DNA from: the human T2T-CHM13v2.0 reference genome, Homo sapiens
Assembly (NCBI RefSeq): GCF_009914755.1
Contig: NC_060938.1
Length of the DNA: 64,000 bases
Reading direction: 5' to 3' (one strand)
The first letter of the stretch is position 1. The number at the start of each line of letters is the position of its first letter. The notes beneath the pieces are model-generated. The model did no database searches. It was given only the letters and a program-made list of their open reading frames with translations, and was not told the DNA's origin. Positions 19,671 to 39,449 of the stretch are shown here, one piece after another. A program made the position numbers and the translations under genes.

Positions 19671-20146
19671 GGGACAGGGGTAAAGAGGGACTCAAGGGTA
19701 CCCAGGGCTGGCTTCGCTTTTCTCTTGGGCATTATTTGGGGGTTAAGTGAGGCTGCAGTAACTAGCTCCCCAATGGCTTATATAGGGATAAAGCCTGAAG
19801 CCAAAGAGAGACCACTAGTGAGACCCTCACCAAGGAGATATGGGGAATGAGCCACCCTGCAGGGGGGTCCGTGCCCTGGCTCAGCACAACAGAGCCAGTC
19901 CCCTGAGCCCTGTGGCTGGCACAGTTCAATGCCCACAGGCACTTGGCCTCCTTGATCCCCCCCACCCGGGGAAGGTGGGGCTGTGGCCTTTGCCTCTGGA
20001 AGGGACTGCCCTTCCTCCTAGTTCCTCCTTTGCTGGATAAGCAGCTGACATGCAGAGATGTGATCAGATGAGGAAGAAAAAAAGACTCTTCTCTATTCCT
20101 GGGAGTACTTGACACCAACACAAAAAATTCTCAACAACTCAGTTTC
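19671..20146 (+). repeat. Local low-copy duplication, copy A
   Basis: Colinear with 29203-29678, roughly 85-90% identical by eye. Confidence 0.9.
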
Positions 20147-20289
20147 TATGTCAATAGAGAAGTATTTAGATCTATTCAAACCATTCCTGCTGCAGCTGGC
20201 ATCCAGGAGGAAGAAACACACCGCTATTCAGGGAGGAGTTGGCTCCTCAGTGTCCCCTTTGTTGCCCCAAAACACAGCCAGGTTCTCCA

Positions 20290-20595
20290 TTTCTTTTTCT
20301 TTTTTTCTTTTTTTTTTTGAGACAGTCTCGCTCTGTCACCCAGGCTGGAGTGCAGTGGCACAATCTCAGCCCGTTGCAACCTGACTCCCAGGCTCAAGCA
20401 ATTCTCCTGCCTCAGCCTCCCGAGTAGCTGGGATTACAGGCGCGCACCACCACACCAGGCTAATTTTTGTATTTTAGTAGAGACAATGTTTTCCCATGTT
20501 GGCCAAGCTGGTCTGGAACTCCTGATGTCAAGTGATCTGCCCGCCTTGGCCTCCCAAAGTGCTGGGATTACAGGCACAAGCCAACTTGCCTGACC
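20290..20595 (-). mobile_element. AluS
   Basis: Alu consensus, TSD CCAGGTTCTCCATTTCTT. Confidence 0.88.
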
Positions 20596-20623
20596 CAGGT
20601 TCTCCATTTCTTAAGGCTCAGAA

Positions 20624-21395
<772 letters not shown>

Positions 21396-21544
21396 TTACT
21401 ACATACAGCCCTACTGGTCATAGCAAAAGATACGAGACAACCTATAAGGTCCTTGACAGGATACCTGTTAACTGAGTTATGGTGCACCCCATGCAGCAGG
21501 ACCGTGCACCCATAAACACATGGAGCAGATCTCCATACGACTCT

Positions 21545-22380
<836 letters not shown>

Positions 22381-22959
22381 TTATAAATGTGCAGATATTC
22401 AGAATAATTCCTAAAGGAGCCCCTGGAAAGTCTAAAGAGTGGCTGTTCCTATGGAAGGGAGCAAGAGGACATGGACACGATGTAGGAGGCTGTTTTTCAC
22501 CATATACCCTATAATTCGATTTTTACTACCATGTACATTCATTACCTACAAAAAACATGAACCAGATAATTTAAAAAGAAGAAAGATGACCCATGTCACT
22601 GTGTGCTCTTGGTCTAGAGTGGCTATTCTGGCCACCCCAGAGGGGTTCCTGTGGCTCAGTCCATCATCTCAGAGCCAAGGAAGGAGTTTTACATCTGCGA
22701 TCACTACCGAGAGCCCATCTCCCACTCTCCCTGGGCCTCCAGCCTCACGCACCCGTGCTCCAGGTCCTCAGCATCTTTCCAAGGCCACGGCCATCTGACT
22801 CACCCAAGGGTGCTTGGACATGTCATGCCTCCCTCCCTTCTCCTGCCAATATCCCAGGCATCCTTTAAGACACATTTCAGGTCAGCTTGGAGCAGCTTCC
22901 CTTGCTCCCTCGGCCTGGGCCATCAGGGTCCTGGTGGCACTTTGCACATCACCCCCATT

Positions 22960-23960
<1,001 letters not shown>

Positions 23961-23968
23961 ACTGGAGG

Positions 23969-25099
<1,131 letters not shown>

Positions 25100-25472
25100 C
25101 AGGATGAGGAAAGGAGAGGGTTGAAGATAAACCCTCGATTTGAGATAGCACAGTGGAGCGGAGAGTGGAGCCATTTTACCATTTACTGAGGTGAGGAGGA
25201 ATAAAACCAAGAGCTCTGTTTGGGCCAAGTGAAATGTGAGACAGCATTCAATATCCAAGTAGAGAAATTAAGTCCAGATCAAAGCTGGAGGACTGAGCGG
25301 GAAGGACCTGGGAAGAGAAACCACGACCATGTCTGCTACCAAAACCAAGATTAGGAAAGGTTTCTGGAAAGAGGGGTATTTGAGTGCATTGAAAGCTGCT
25401 GGAGCGCCGGGCACGGTGGCTCACGCCTGTAATCCCAGCACTTTGGGAGGCCAAGGGGAGGGGGGTGGATCA

Positions 25473-25764
<292 letters not shown>

Positions 25765-26430
25765 TTAGACCTGGCAGCACACGGGCCACATCAGAGGGCA
25801 GCCTCGACGTGAGGCATCTCAGGGGACTGCGGGGTACAAGCCTAACTCACTGGACTGAGGGTTTGCTAGGGAAGGGTTTGCAGGGGGCTGGGCCAGTCCT
25901 TAGACAGCGATGGGGGTTCAGGGAGCCTTTAGCAGGGAAGTCTAGGGTGCCTGTGCCCGTGCCTGCAGAAGGGAAGGGTCAGGAGAGAAGTGAAGGCTGT
26001 GGCAGCCCGGTCCTGAGAGGGTGAGAACGGAAGGGATTCTGAGCACAGGTGAAGGAGCCGCTGGCCTCTGAAGGGAGTGAGGGCTCCAAGCAGTGACAGA
26101 GGGGAAAGCTGGTCGAGTTAGTGGCATGAAACAAGGGAGTTTCCTAATTGCTTTTATTTCCTCAGTAAAGTATGAGGCAAGGTCATGAGCTAGGCATGAG
26201 AGGGTGGCTTTCAAAGGAAGGGAGGGAGGAGCACATGGAACAGACACTTTGGAGCATGGGAATCCGACCTACTGAAGAGCGGCGGTGCTCCTCCCGGTCT
26301 TTGGTCACCATTTGCAAGTAGTCAACAGGGTTGACGGGTACTCCCCAGGGACGCTGCTGCGCAGGTGCAGGCGTGGAGAGGCAGAGAGCCGGGTGTAACA
26401 GGGCAGGGACACTGTCAAGCAGTGGGGTTA

Positions 26431-26815
<385 letters not shown>

Positions 26816-27423
26816 CTAAACCCTCCAGTGGTTCCACTCTCCCCCCAAGTGAAGGCCAAAATCCTTGTAACTTACCACCTAGCCACTACCTCCATCTATC
26901 CCCTCATACTTATGTTCTAGCTGCAGTGCTTGGGCCATAGGAGGGGCTCCATAAATATTTCTGGAATCAACCAATCAATATATCTCCCCTTCACAGATGG
27001 AGCCCAACCAAGCAGGCTGGCCTCAGGAGACTCAGCTCCCCTGGGGTGCCTGGGACACAGTCTGGCCATGACTGTGGGCCAGAATTCGGACCTTCCCATT
27101 CCCACTGCAGGGCTCCTGCTGGTTCCTCCCGACTCCCATAACTCTCCTGGTTTAAACTGTGGCCCAGTTCAGAGGGCCTGGCTAGTTGGAACTCTTGACT
27201 GAAAAGCAAAGATGGCAAAAGGCAAAGATGAAGGGGCCCAGAAGAAGTTGGCAGAAACAATATTCTGGGAAAATCTTGGTAGTCAGAGACCAGGCTTCAT
27301 GCCAAGCCTCCCCCCACATCTACACACACAGCGCAGAGGCTAGAAGAACAGGATGGGAGAGTAAAGTGTGGGAAGAGAAGACAATCCTTCCGCTACACTG
27401 GCAGAAGAGATGAGTACGCTGGT

Positions 27424-27447
27424 CACACACACACACACACACACACA
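27424..27447 (+). repeat. (CA)n microsatellite
   Basis: Direct reading. Confidence 0.9.
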
Positions 27448-27942
27448 ATTCCTAGAGAAGCCTGATACAAGAAAAGGTAACCTGAAAGTCACTAGCGTAG
27501 AGCTGGTTTGGCCTGTCCCCGGAGCCCAGCAGGGCAGGAAGTGACTCTACCAGGCAGGGGGATGTTATCAGGCCGGCCCAGAGGGCTTGGAAATGGCCTC
27601 TCAGGAAGCCAGCTCCACACAGGCAAGTTCAACACACTCGCAGAGAGCCAAAAGAAAGAGCTGTGGCCGGGCGTTGTGGCTCACGCCTGTAATCCCAGCA
27701 CTTTGGAAGGCCGAAGCAGGCAGATCACGAGGTCAGGAGATCGAGACCATCCTGGCTAACACGGTGAAACCCCGTCTCTACTAAAAATACAAAAAATTAG
27801 CCGGGCGTGGTGGGGGTGCCTGTAGTCCCAGCTACTCGGGAGGCTGAGGCAGGAGAATGGCGTGAACCCGGGAGGCGGAGCTTGCAGTGAGCCAAGATCA
27901 CCACTGCACTCCAGCCTGGGTGACACAGCGAGACTCCGTCTC

Positions 27943-27974
<32 letters not shown>

Positions 27975-28892
27975 GAGCTGAAGCCTCGAGGCTGCAGGTC
28001 TGTGGGCGGACAAGTGGCACTGAGTCCTGGCCTGGTGGTGTGGAGAGGCCCCCAGGACGCTGAGAGGAGTGTCCAGAGCAAATGAGATCTGGGCCGGGCC
28101 TGAGGGACTTCTCCAAGTGTGGCAGGAGTTTCCCAGGTGTGATTCCAGGCGGAAAGGAGGCTCAGCACGGTTGTGAGTGCGGTGGAGCAGAGGCTAGGAA
28201 GGGATGCCACAGGCTGCAAGCCAGCTGCAAAGGGTCTCAGAGACCACCTCCCCAGGCCTCAGGGCCTGAGACTCAGTGGCGAGTCACCTCCCTTGGCCTG
28301 GTAGGCAGCATTTACTGCGGGTCCCAGGGCTTGGCACCTGGTCGACTGGACACTCGCTGGGGCTAGCTCACTTCAGAGAAAACACTGCTTCCTGTTAGGC
28401 TTCGGGCCTGCAAGGGCCAGGGGGGTAGTTCCTCAAGGGAAGCAGGCCTCACAGCAAAAGGGCTGAGCCCATCTGCATTTGCGGAGAGATGAGGACCACA
28501 GAGGGGCGGTGGAGGGGACCTGAACCCCTCTCTGGGGAAGGCTGCTCAGCAAGTGTCCACCATGCAGGTCCACAAAAGCCACAGGGAGGGAAGGTCATGG
28601 GCATTCCGTCAGCCCCGCCAGCAAGCCAGGACTCACCCGGAGCCCCAGGCAGGCAGGGCTACACAGCCACCCTGGAGATGACACCAACAGTCTTCGGCGT
28701 GGGACCAGGTCTCGGGTGGACGCCCACAGCCACTCCCAGTCCTGAGCACGTGCCCAGGTCTGCTAAGAGTTACAGGTGCATCTCAGACATCAGTCCAGGG
28801 CCTCGGGCCAGTGGCTGGCACACAGTAGGTGTTCAGTAAGAGCTCGATGAGTAATGAATCTAAGTAAACTCCTCAAGGGCAGAGGCCAAGGT

Positions 28893-29678
<786 letters not shown>

Positions 29679-30235
29679 ATTGAATAATTAATTGAGCACC
29701 AACTGTATGCCAGACACTGTTACTGGTGGTTGGGATACAGCAATGAACAAAACCAGCAAAAAGCCTCGCCCTCCCGGGGCTGAGAGTCTAGTGGTCACAT
29801 TCCTGTCTGCATCCCCGCTACACATACAGCACCCCCACATTCTGTGCTGGGCTCGCCAAAGCACTGAATGAACGGCTGGAGGAGGAGGACTGTGGAGTCT
29901 GGCAGCCGTGGGCTGAAGCCCGTGTTCTGCACTGCCTCGTTCTGTGACCCAGCCAACACCGCGCTGCTTCAGCTTTGGGCCTGAGTCACAATCAGTACAA
30001 CCAGAACCCCACCTCCCCGCTGCAGGGCTTGCTACATCCACTATCACTGCTGCTGTTATCAGCCCACCTGCCCCCTGCACCCTTTGCAAAGAAACCGAGC
30101 ATCTGAACCTTTCCATCCTACTTCCACACACAAGACTCCTGACTCAGTCAGGCTGCTTTCAAATAATGCTGGTGCCGGAAACTGCACTGTCTCATTTACT
30201 CCACAAAATAACCTTGCAGATAAAGGTGAGGCTTA

Positions 30236-30538
<303 letters not shown>

Positions 30539-31279
30539 TCAGAGAAGTTAAGTCACTCACTCACTTGAGGCCAGACAAGCAGGAAGTGACAGAACCGAGA
30601 TCTGAACCCAGGTCTAACAGGGCAAAGCCCACTGCTTTCTCCTGCCCGGGGTTCCTTTCCCCTTTGCTAAAATACCTCTATCTACCTGAAAGACTACCGT
30701 TCCACTTGCCCAGGACTGAGGGAGCTTCTGGGACTCAGGACTCTGGATGCTACAACCAGAAAAGTCTCAGGCCAACCAGGACGAGTTGGTCACCCTCACG
30801 CCACCACCCTGCCCAAGATCCTCCTCCTGGTGCCCTGCCAGGCCCTGCTTACCCACTCACTGCCACTGAGTCTGACCTCTCCAGGCTCCCAGCTGCACCC
30901 TCTGTGCTTGTAAGCAATGCTGTCATTGCTGTCCTCAGGCTACAGGGTCACATTCTGTCTCCCACTCGGACAACCACGTCTAAAGTCTGGTCCTAGAACT
31001 CCGGGCACCATAATCACTTGGGGCCCTGGGATCCTGCTTCCTGAGTCCCTAAACCACTAAGACCTCCTGAAGCAGAAGCTCAGGCCCAGCCTGCCCATCT
31101 GAGTTGCTAACTAGCCCCCAGGGGACCCTGCTGCCCAGAGGTTGAGCGACAATCCTGAACTGTAAGTTTCCCTGCCTGGTGACCTGCTCACTCTATTTCT
31201 TCTGATGCCCCTCTGATACCTGGTGCTGTGCCCACACATAGTAGGTGCACATTAAATGCTAACCATTGTGGTTCAGAGC

Positions 31280-31590
31280 AAAGGCTCCCACACTTGCCTA
31301 CTCAAACTAACTGAGGCTGTTTACAAATGTAGATTTCCAGCTTCTACCTTGGGCCGAGAGAATCACCACCCTCAGCCAAGATGTCTGGTAATCTATAAAC
31401 TACACTTAGTTTAGTATTTGGCTCAAAGCATGCCGCATACCTGCAACACTGGGAGCTTAAGAATGCAGAACCCCAGCTCCACCCTAGACCTACTATATCA
31501 GTATCTCTGGGAGTGGGGCTTTGCAATCTGGATTCTAACAAGCTGTCTAGAAGTGATTCTTTGATCCAATCAGTTTAGAAAAACATTAGT
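31280..31590. mobile_element. MER5-type hAT fragments
   Basis: AATGCAGA...CCCTAGACCTACT...ATCTCTGGGAGTGGGGC...AACAAG...GTGATTCT pattern. Confidence 0.5.
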
Positions 31591-32544
31591 GTAATAGAAG
31601 AACAGTGAAACTAGTTGGAAGTGGGCTAGAATCCAGTTCAATTAACGGCTCTAGCCTCAGTCTACTCAAGCCCTGAATGAGAATTACCCCTGACATCATT
31701 CGCTTGTTGTGATGATTAACTGAGATCTGTGTAAAAGTTCATAGCCAGAATCTGGCACACAAGAGAGACGCAAGAGGCTGGGCACAGTGGCTCACGCCTG
31801 TAATCCCAGCACTTTGGGAGGCCGAGGGAAGAAGATCACTTGAGCCCAGGAGTTCGAGACCAGAGTGGGCAACATAGGGAAACCCGTCTCTACAGAAAAA
31901 ATGAAGAGAGAGAGAGAGAAAGACAGAGAGAGACCCAAGAAATGCAGTTCATTCTTCTTCCCTGCTAGCACTATTTTAACACTCATCAAGTCAGGACAGC
32001 TACAGTTTCAGATGATCATGTGATGTGTACAAGGTGGCTTGGAGGGCAAATGCAGAAGATTCTGACTCCAGGCCTGGTGGCCTCTAAAAGGACCAGACCA
32101 GATCTGCTCTACATGGTTCTGGTGCTGCCACCACTAGCCACACTTGATGAGCAGGGACAGACAAATCCCATGGGTGGAAGGGCTGCAGCCACTCCATTAG
32201 CTTTCCTGTGGCTGTGGCCGTCTTTCATATTTTATATGGCACCCATTTGACCTATCTCTGGGTCAGACATCCGCTCATCCTTGTCTTGGTGGCTGATGGG
32301 AATGCTTTTGAGGTCTCAGAAAACCTCATCCCTCTTCCTGGGCTTCCCAGGTGGGAGACACTGGCTTTCACGCATGTCAAAGGCCTGCAACCCGCCACCA
32401 TCTACCAAGCATGAGGTCATTCAGAGGGGCAGGAATCCACCCACGTGTGGCCAACGTGAATAAGAACCAAAGGCCATTCCTGCGTGCCCAGGGCACAGCT
32501 GGCCGGGCAGCTGGGGTGCAGGGATGCTCTGGGTAAGTAAGAGG

Positions 32545-33010
32545 TGTACCAGTTAGAACGCCTTCAGCAGCCAGTAACGACCAAACGCCTGACTCAGTGT
32601 GGCTTCAACAAGAAGGAATTTATTCTCTCACATAACAGGAAGTCCAGAGAAGGGCTGCTCCAGGCCCAATTGCCATCAGCAGCCTGGTGATATAATCGAG
32701 TGAGATTCTTCTTGTCTCTCTGCACCGCCACCCTCCTTGGGTCTGCCTTACTCCTGGGTCAGGTGCCCTCATGGCCATAAGATGGCCACAGCTCCAGGCC
32801 TCAAAGATATGAACGATTTCCAGGGGAAAAAGAGAGACTACTTCTTCCCTTTTAAGCATGGATGTCACCCTTAAGCACAAGGAAATCTTTCCCAGAAGCC
32901 CCTCCACTGAGCAAATGTTCCCTGACGTCTCATTGGTCAGAACTAATTCACATGCTTGCACTTCAGCCAATCACAAGCAAGGGAGTGTATCTACTGGGGC
33001 CAGGGCCCCT
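32545..33010 (-). mobile_element. Old MLT1 (J/K-like) LTR
   Basis: GGAATTTATTCTCTCACATAACAGGAAGTCC and CTCATTGGTCAGAACT motifs. Confidence 0.5.
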
Positions 33011-33628
33011 ACAGTGAAGCACACAGCACCACTGCTGACAGCTGAACAAAACTGGGCCCAATCAAGGAGGAAAATGGGTGGGAGTCCGGGCTGGAAGACA
33101 GCGGTGGAGAATGCTGGATTGACAACCAGGGAACCTCTGGCTGGCCCTGACTCACAAGACCCCACCAACCCCAAGGGCAAACACTTGTCCTTGCAGGACG
33201 CCATTTCTCAGGGCCAGAGTCATCACGTAATATTGATGTAACTTGGCCCTCGCTTCCATTTTGGAAAACCCTCGGCCTGACTTCCTTACTTACACCTGTT
33301 CTAACTGCTCATGAAAGCCGAGCCAATTCAACACAGCATGTGCTGTGAGCCCAACTCCATGTCATGGGGCCAGAAAGGTAGAATTGGCCCTCTAGAAGCT
33401 GACCATTTGGTAAGAAGACAAGGCACATGCCAAAATCGGTGGAGTAGGGGAGGGAAACAGCCCTGAGCTGGGAGATGGGAGTGGATAACACCCACCACCA
33501 CCAGCAACAGAAAACAGCTGGTAGCTAGTGAAGGCTCACTCTATGCAGGCACTAAGAAGCACTTTTAGGTATTTTGGTTTTTTCTTCATTTGATCCTTAC
33601 AACCTCCCTATAAGTTTGGCACTATTAT

Positions 33629-33956
33629 TACAGGTTCATAATACCTTACCTACAGTTTCTGAAATCCAGGACTCTCTAAAAACCAAAAGTTGTTTTTTGT
33701 TGTTAATCATTTATGGGATGGCAGAAACCTCAACTGAACCCATGTGAGGCTATTTATAGTCTATTTCTCCCTTTTGCAGTGACTGCTCATATGCTTTGAT
33801 GCAGAAATACTGACCCATTTTATTACAAAATGCCGCCCCAGACCCCATTGGGAATGTCACATAATGCCCAGTATACATAACATGTTTCAAAAAATTCTGC
33901 ATTCTGAAATACATCTGGCCCCAAGGGCTTCCGAAAAAGGGTTTTGGATGTTGTGT
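33629..33956 (-). mobile_element. TcMar-Tigger-derived MITE (MER46C-like)
   Basis: AAAAAATTCTGCATTCTGAAATACATCTGGCCCCAAGG motif. Confidence 0.5.
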
Positions 33957-36900
33957 CACCAAAGGGGGCTTTGCAAGTTGAAGGTTACCCCCCATAGGAA
34001 GCAGGTGAGCCATGCTTTGAAATCAAGCAACCCAACTCCAAGCCAGGGCTCTTACCCACTGTGCTTGCTTCTGCCACTTGCTGGTTGGTGGCTTTAAGGA
34101 AGACATCTCCCTCTCTGGCACTGTTTTGTCATCTATAAGAGGTTGGACTACATCAATGGGTTTCAAGCTTCTTTGTTTTAAAAGTGTATTAGCCCTTCCT
34201 TCAAAGGAAACCTTAAGGAAAAGTGTAACTGCTCCAGCGAGTGAGGCCTGCTCACCCAACCACCAGAGCCCTAAAGCATGTTCCCAGAGGGGTTCCTTGA
34301 CAGCACAGTTTGAAAACTGCTACACAGCATAATCTGTAAGGTCTTCTCTGGTTCTAACATTGTATGATTGCCTTCTGTAAGGCAAACAGCCTTTTCTGTG
34401 ATGAAAGGACAGCTGGGAGAAACTTGAACCAGACCTTGACAGATGGGTAGGCTTTTGATCTGCAGAGAGGATTCCAGAGTCAAATAGCGTGAGCAAAGGT
34501 GCACAGACAATAAGCAAGGCGTGTGGGAGGGTCCAGGAGGCCAAAGTAGCCGAGGGAAGTCGGGGGAATGAAGGCAGTGCAGCAGGTGACATAAGGACAT
34601 GCTGGAAAGGTTGGCCAGACCAAGCAGATGGATGAGGCTGAGGACGAGCTGCACAGCCCCAGCCCCACTGTGCGCAGCCACAAGAAATCCAAATCCTTCT
34701 GCCCTGACTACCATGGCCACGAGCCCCAATCCCAGCTCAGTGCCATCAATCAGTCACTGTCAAATAAATGAGTCTTCTGAATCCAAAAATCAGGACATAT
34801 GGTCTGCCACAAAGGTGTGGTCTTCTGATGACAAGAGGACAGAGTGTTTGAAAGCAGGAAGACTGGCCCAGAAAGGCCATAATAGTGGGTCACCAGAGAT
34901 CTCACTGGTGTCCTTCCCCACATTCTGGGAGGAGTTGGGCTCCCAGGAGTCTGTGATGCCCCAGGTATGTCCAAAGAAGCCACCTCTAAACAACAGGGGC
35001 TGCCTCACCCCACAGCAGAGACTCTCAGTTAAACCTCAGTCCTGTTTCCAGAGAAGACCCTCAGGCCAGCCAGGGAGGACCATAGTCCACCCCGACTCCT
35101 CTTCTTCACAGGAGGGTGTGCATGACCAGGTGTCGTCTAGGAGCCCAGGACCCTGCACCCTCCACCAAGGGGAAGCCACATCACTGTGGATGCCCGTGCT
35201 TAAAACAACACAGATCTCCACATCCTCTTCTTCATGGCCTGAAAACATTTGCTTACCAAACTATGCCCCAGAAATACTCTTTGTTTCAGGCACCATTTCC
35301 CTACCTACCCGTCACCACGAGGTAATTAAAATGTCTCAAAATCTTATAGGATCCGACAGGCAATGATCTCCTAAGGGAGAAGCTACCATTTGGGGCCTAA
35401 TCTTTCTAAGTGAACTCAGTCGCCGAGCTTGCCTAAGAAGATTAACAGGCTGGGGAAGGCGGGAAGCCACACTGCCTCAGAAAAGGGAGCAGCCGTCCGT
35501 CAGGACAGTCGCAGACCTCCAATGTGCCTGTTTGTCATTGCAATAGGTGGGAGTCTTGACCGGGCACTAGCTCAACTGTGTCATTTCTTGGTCCCCCACT
35601 CTCTTTTTTCCCTGCCAGGCTGACAGCTGGGACCTGGCCTACCTTGCCCAGGGTCACAAGGGGTCAGCTGCAGGGAACCAACCCCATTATGACCATGTGC
35701 CCTGGCTGACAGGTACCATCCCACTGAATCCTCACACGTGCCCTGAGAGTGGGCATTCTGAGCTGGCTGAGCAGGGAGGAAAGGCAGGCTCCGAGAGGCT
35801 AAGAACCTGGCTGGAGATCACCTAGCCACTACAGGTAAGGTCCAAATTTTAGACCCGGTGCCAGGTCACTGCACTTTCACACACAGTGGTGACCTCATCA
35901 TTGGGAGGCTGGAGGGTGACATTCTGTAGAGAGAGGACAGCTGGGCCTGTCCTCCCAGAGACCAGGACCGACCTGTGAGCCCACATGAAGCTGATGTGCA
36001 GCTCTGTCTTTATCCCTGAGCGCTCAGGCTGCTGCCTCAGCTCCAAGCCAGGGCACCTCAGGCTTCTCTGAGTCCCCCAAACCCCTGGACACCTTGCTGA
36101 GATGTGGATTCTAACCCTGCACGTCTGAAGCCGGCCCAAGAATCCGCATTTCTCACAGGTTCCCGGTGGTGCCCCTGCCACTCATCCCCAGGCCACACTT
36201 CAGCCCACGAGGGCCTAGGCTTCCGGGGGACTGTCTCCCACCCCCACCCTTAACTTAGGTGACCATTCTCTCAGTGGGACTCACCCGGGTCTGGTGCACA
36301 GCTAGGTTCCACCACATTTGGGTTTTTTGAGATGGTGCAATGAAAATGGTGACTACGGTAGGGTACGAGGAAGAAGACAGACCTCTGGGTTCACTTTTCA
36401 ACTTGGCATTTGTCCTTTTCTTCCTTATCCACCTCTTGGCAAAACATCTAAACCAATTCATCTCAAAGGAGCCAGGCTGGGGCAGTACACTCTGAAAGTG
36501 TCCACTATTTAGAGTCCTTAACGGGGAGGGGCTGCCACGCTTCCTTCCCGTAAGGAGCTAATGCTGCTGGGTGGGGAAGCCCACTACAAGTGGGAGCTTT
36601 GGGAAGGAGGGATTCCTCTGCTCAGAACTCTCCCATAGCCCTGTCTCACTCACAGGAAAGCCAAAGCCTTACCCTCGGCCTATCAGGCCCCGCCACTTTC
36701 TACCCATGAAGTTCCCTCCCTAGAACATGCTTCTCCACCTCCTTAGGTCTCATCTCAGATGTTGCCTTCTTGGGGACACCTTTCAGGGCCACCCTATTTA
36801 AACTAGTAGTTCCTGCAACCCCCACTCCCAGCCCACTCCAAAGCACCTATTCACCTTCCCCTTTTTCTCTTTGATAGCACTGACCACCATCTGACACCCT

Positions 36901-39449
36901 GTAAACTTTACCTAATGATTATATTGATTATCTGTCTCCCTGCCCCTTTCCTACTGGGATGTGAGTTTCATAAGGGCTGAGATTTTTGCCATTTTTGTCT
37001 GTTTTGTTTACCAGTGTATTTCCAGTGCCTAAAACAGTGGCTAGCACAGAGCAGGTACTCAATCTTTGTGGAAGGAAGGAAGAAATGAGTGGCTGGCCCT
37101 GAGAGACATTAGCTACTTTAACCCTCATAACAACCCCTGCAAGGTAAGTCATTTAAATCCCGTTCTAAAATGAGAAAACTGAGGCTCAGAGTGGTTAAGT
37201 GATTTGGCCAATGTCACAAAGTCAAGAAGTGGCCAAGGTCACAAGAATCAGTCCCCCATCTGGCTGGCTCCAAACACTGTATTCTTTTTTTTTTTTTTTC
37301 GCCTGTGGTTGTTTTCATGGTAACTGTCTTAGTGTGACAAACGTGACATTCACTTGCTTTCCTTATTCTAAGCAGAAGATGCTTTAACTTCAGGATTTTG
37401 CAAAATCTGCCCAGAACTTGTGCTCATGCACCCGAGAATCTATGGGGGAGCCGGTGCCCCCAAAAGCCAGGAAGAAGTCCCTCTACCAGCCCGAGAGTGG
37501 GAAGGCCTCACCAGTCAAACGGAGGGAAGGCCCCTCTTGCAAACACCAAAGGAGAGCCACAATCATTCTAGTTTAGTTTCATCTTTTTCTTGGCTTCATC
37601 GTTTTATTTTCCTGAGCACTCACTCTGTCTGATCTTTTCAAGTCCGGGTAACTTTTTGCCATCAATGGCTACCACTCACCATGTGAGTCTCTAGGACAAA
37701 AATCTATGTCCCATGAGTTTCCCCAAACTGAACTTGCACACAGACCCATGGACCACAGTGCCCCCGCAAACCCCGATCCCCAAGCCCCACTCATGACTGC
37801 ATCTTAGGACATTGGGAGCAGCCCCTGGGAAGAGAGCTAAGCCTTTCGGGGGCCATGAAGGTGAATAGGAAGGGCCCAGGCCACCAAAAACCCATCTACC
37901 CTCTCATTCCAGGGACCATCATAGCTTGAGTCCCCCTTCATCTGCCTGTCATTCTCAATCACATTAACTCATCTGTTTTGTTTCAATCACTTCTCACTAT
38001 CTGAAGCTGTGCTGTTTATTTATTTCCATATTTGCTTATCACCTGCCTCCTGAGAGCAGGGTGAGGGCATAAGGGCAGGGGCTTGGTCAGTGCTGTTCAC
38101 CACTGTTCTGTGACTGGCACAGGTGGGCACGCAAATATTGGGTGAATGAATAAGCAAAGACAGCAGGAAACAAGTGGATTCAGAAGAAAAAAGACCAGGA
38201 GGCTCACAAATAAACCCATTTAATCCGAAAATCAACCTGCACAGAAGGTGTCATTATGCCTACACCGCTGGGAAGCCACAAAGTAGACCCAGGACTGTGC
38301 AACTCCGAGAGGAAAAGAGAAAATGCTGCAGGTAAGCGGAGAAGCAGGTGAGCCCGACACGGAGGGCAAAGGCAAGCTGCCTCTGGGGCCCAGGGCACTG
38401 AACACCATCTCCTCAAAGGCTGACATAACTGAGAAGGGTCCACATTTTCCACCAAGTGGAGCCCGTGTAGGGTCGGTGCTATCTCCATGCCCCTGACACA
38501 CCATGGCACCTGCGTTCACCCAGAAGGTACCTGCCCACAGCATGCATCCATCATTGAGAGTGCGCAAAACCAAGTTCTAATTTCCAGGCACTAATACCAT
38601 AGGACACAAACATAAACTACCCTCCAGGAGGACACCTGACATCCCTCTCCTTTCTGGGTAGTCTGAAGTGAGAAGGTTGAAAATAGTGCAGATGTCCTTT
38701 CTTAGAGCAGCCCCGCCATCCATTCATTCACTCTTTCATTCATTTGTTCAGCCAACATGTGCTCACTGGGCCTGGGGAAGCCCAGGATGAAATGAGACAA
38801 ACCCTCTGCCCTCTGGCCACGGTGTGCTGGTGCCTGCGCTTTAGGCGGGTACTAAAAGACAAGCAAATATTAAAGATACTCGCTTCCAAAACAAATAAGG
38901 CCACGTGGAGCTGTGCACTGGAATGGGATTCTGGATGCAATTTTATTTGATTGGGTACAAGAACCAATCCTGTTAAAGGGGTCATGAACCAACTCCAGGC
39001 ACCAGGCTCCTACTCAGAGGCTGCCTCAGACCCCCTTCTGGCCCAGGCACCAACCCCTCACCCACCCAACTCCATCTCCCGACATTCTTCAACCACATTC
39101 CCATCTCGCTCCACAATATTCTCCCTCCAGGTCCCCCTGACTCTATTTCTCCTCTATTCCCAACCCTGACCTCTCTAGGTCGGCAGCCTTGATGCTACTT
39201 CTCCGAACGCCAGGACGCACATCCCAGCCTGCTTTCTACCACCACCCCACACACCTCGAGTCTGCGCTTCCACCCAGAACCCCTTAAACACCATATGTTT
39301 ACAAACCAGATTCCCCAGGGGTCTATGTACAACACCCCATTCTCAAGACCCCATAAACACATCCTGATTCCCTGAGCACACCATACACACACTGTGGACT
39401 TCACCCATGTCCTGAGGGACCCCCTCACCCCATCACCTCCAACTTCTTG

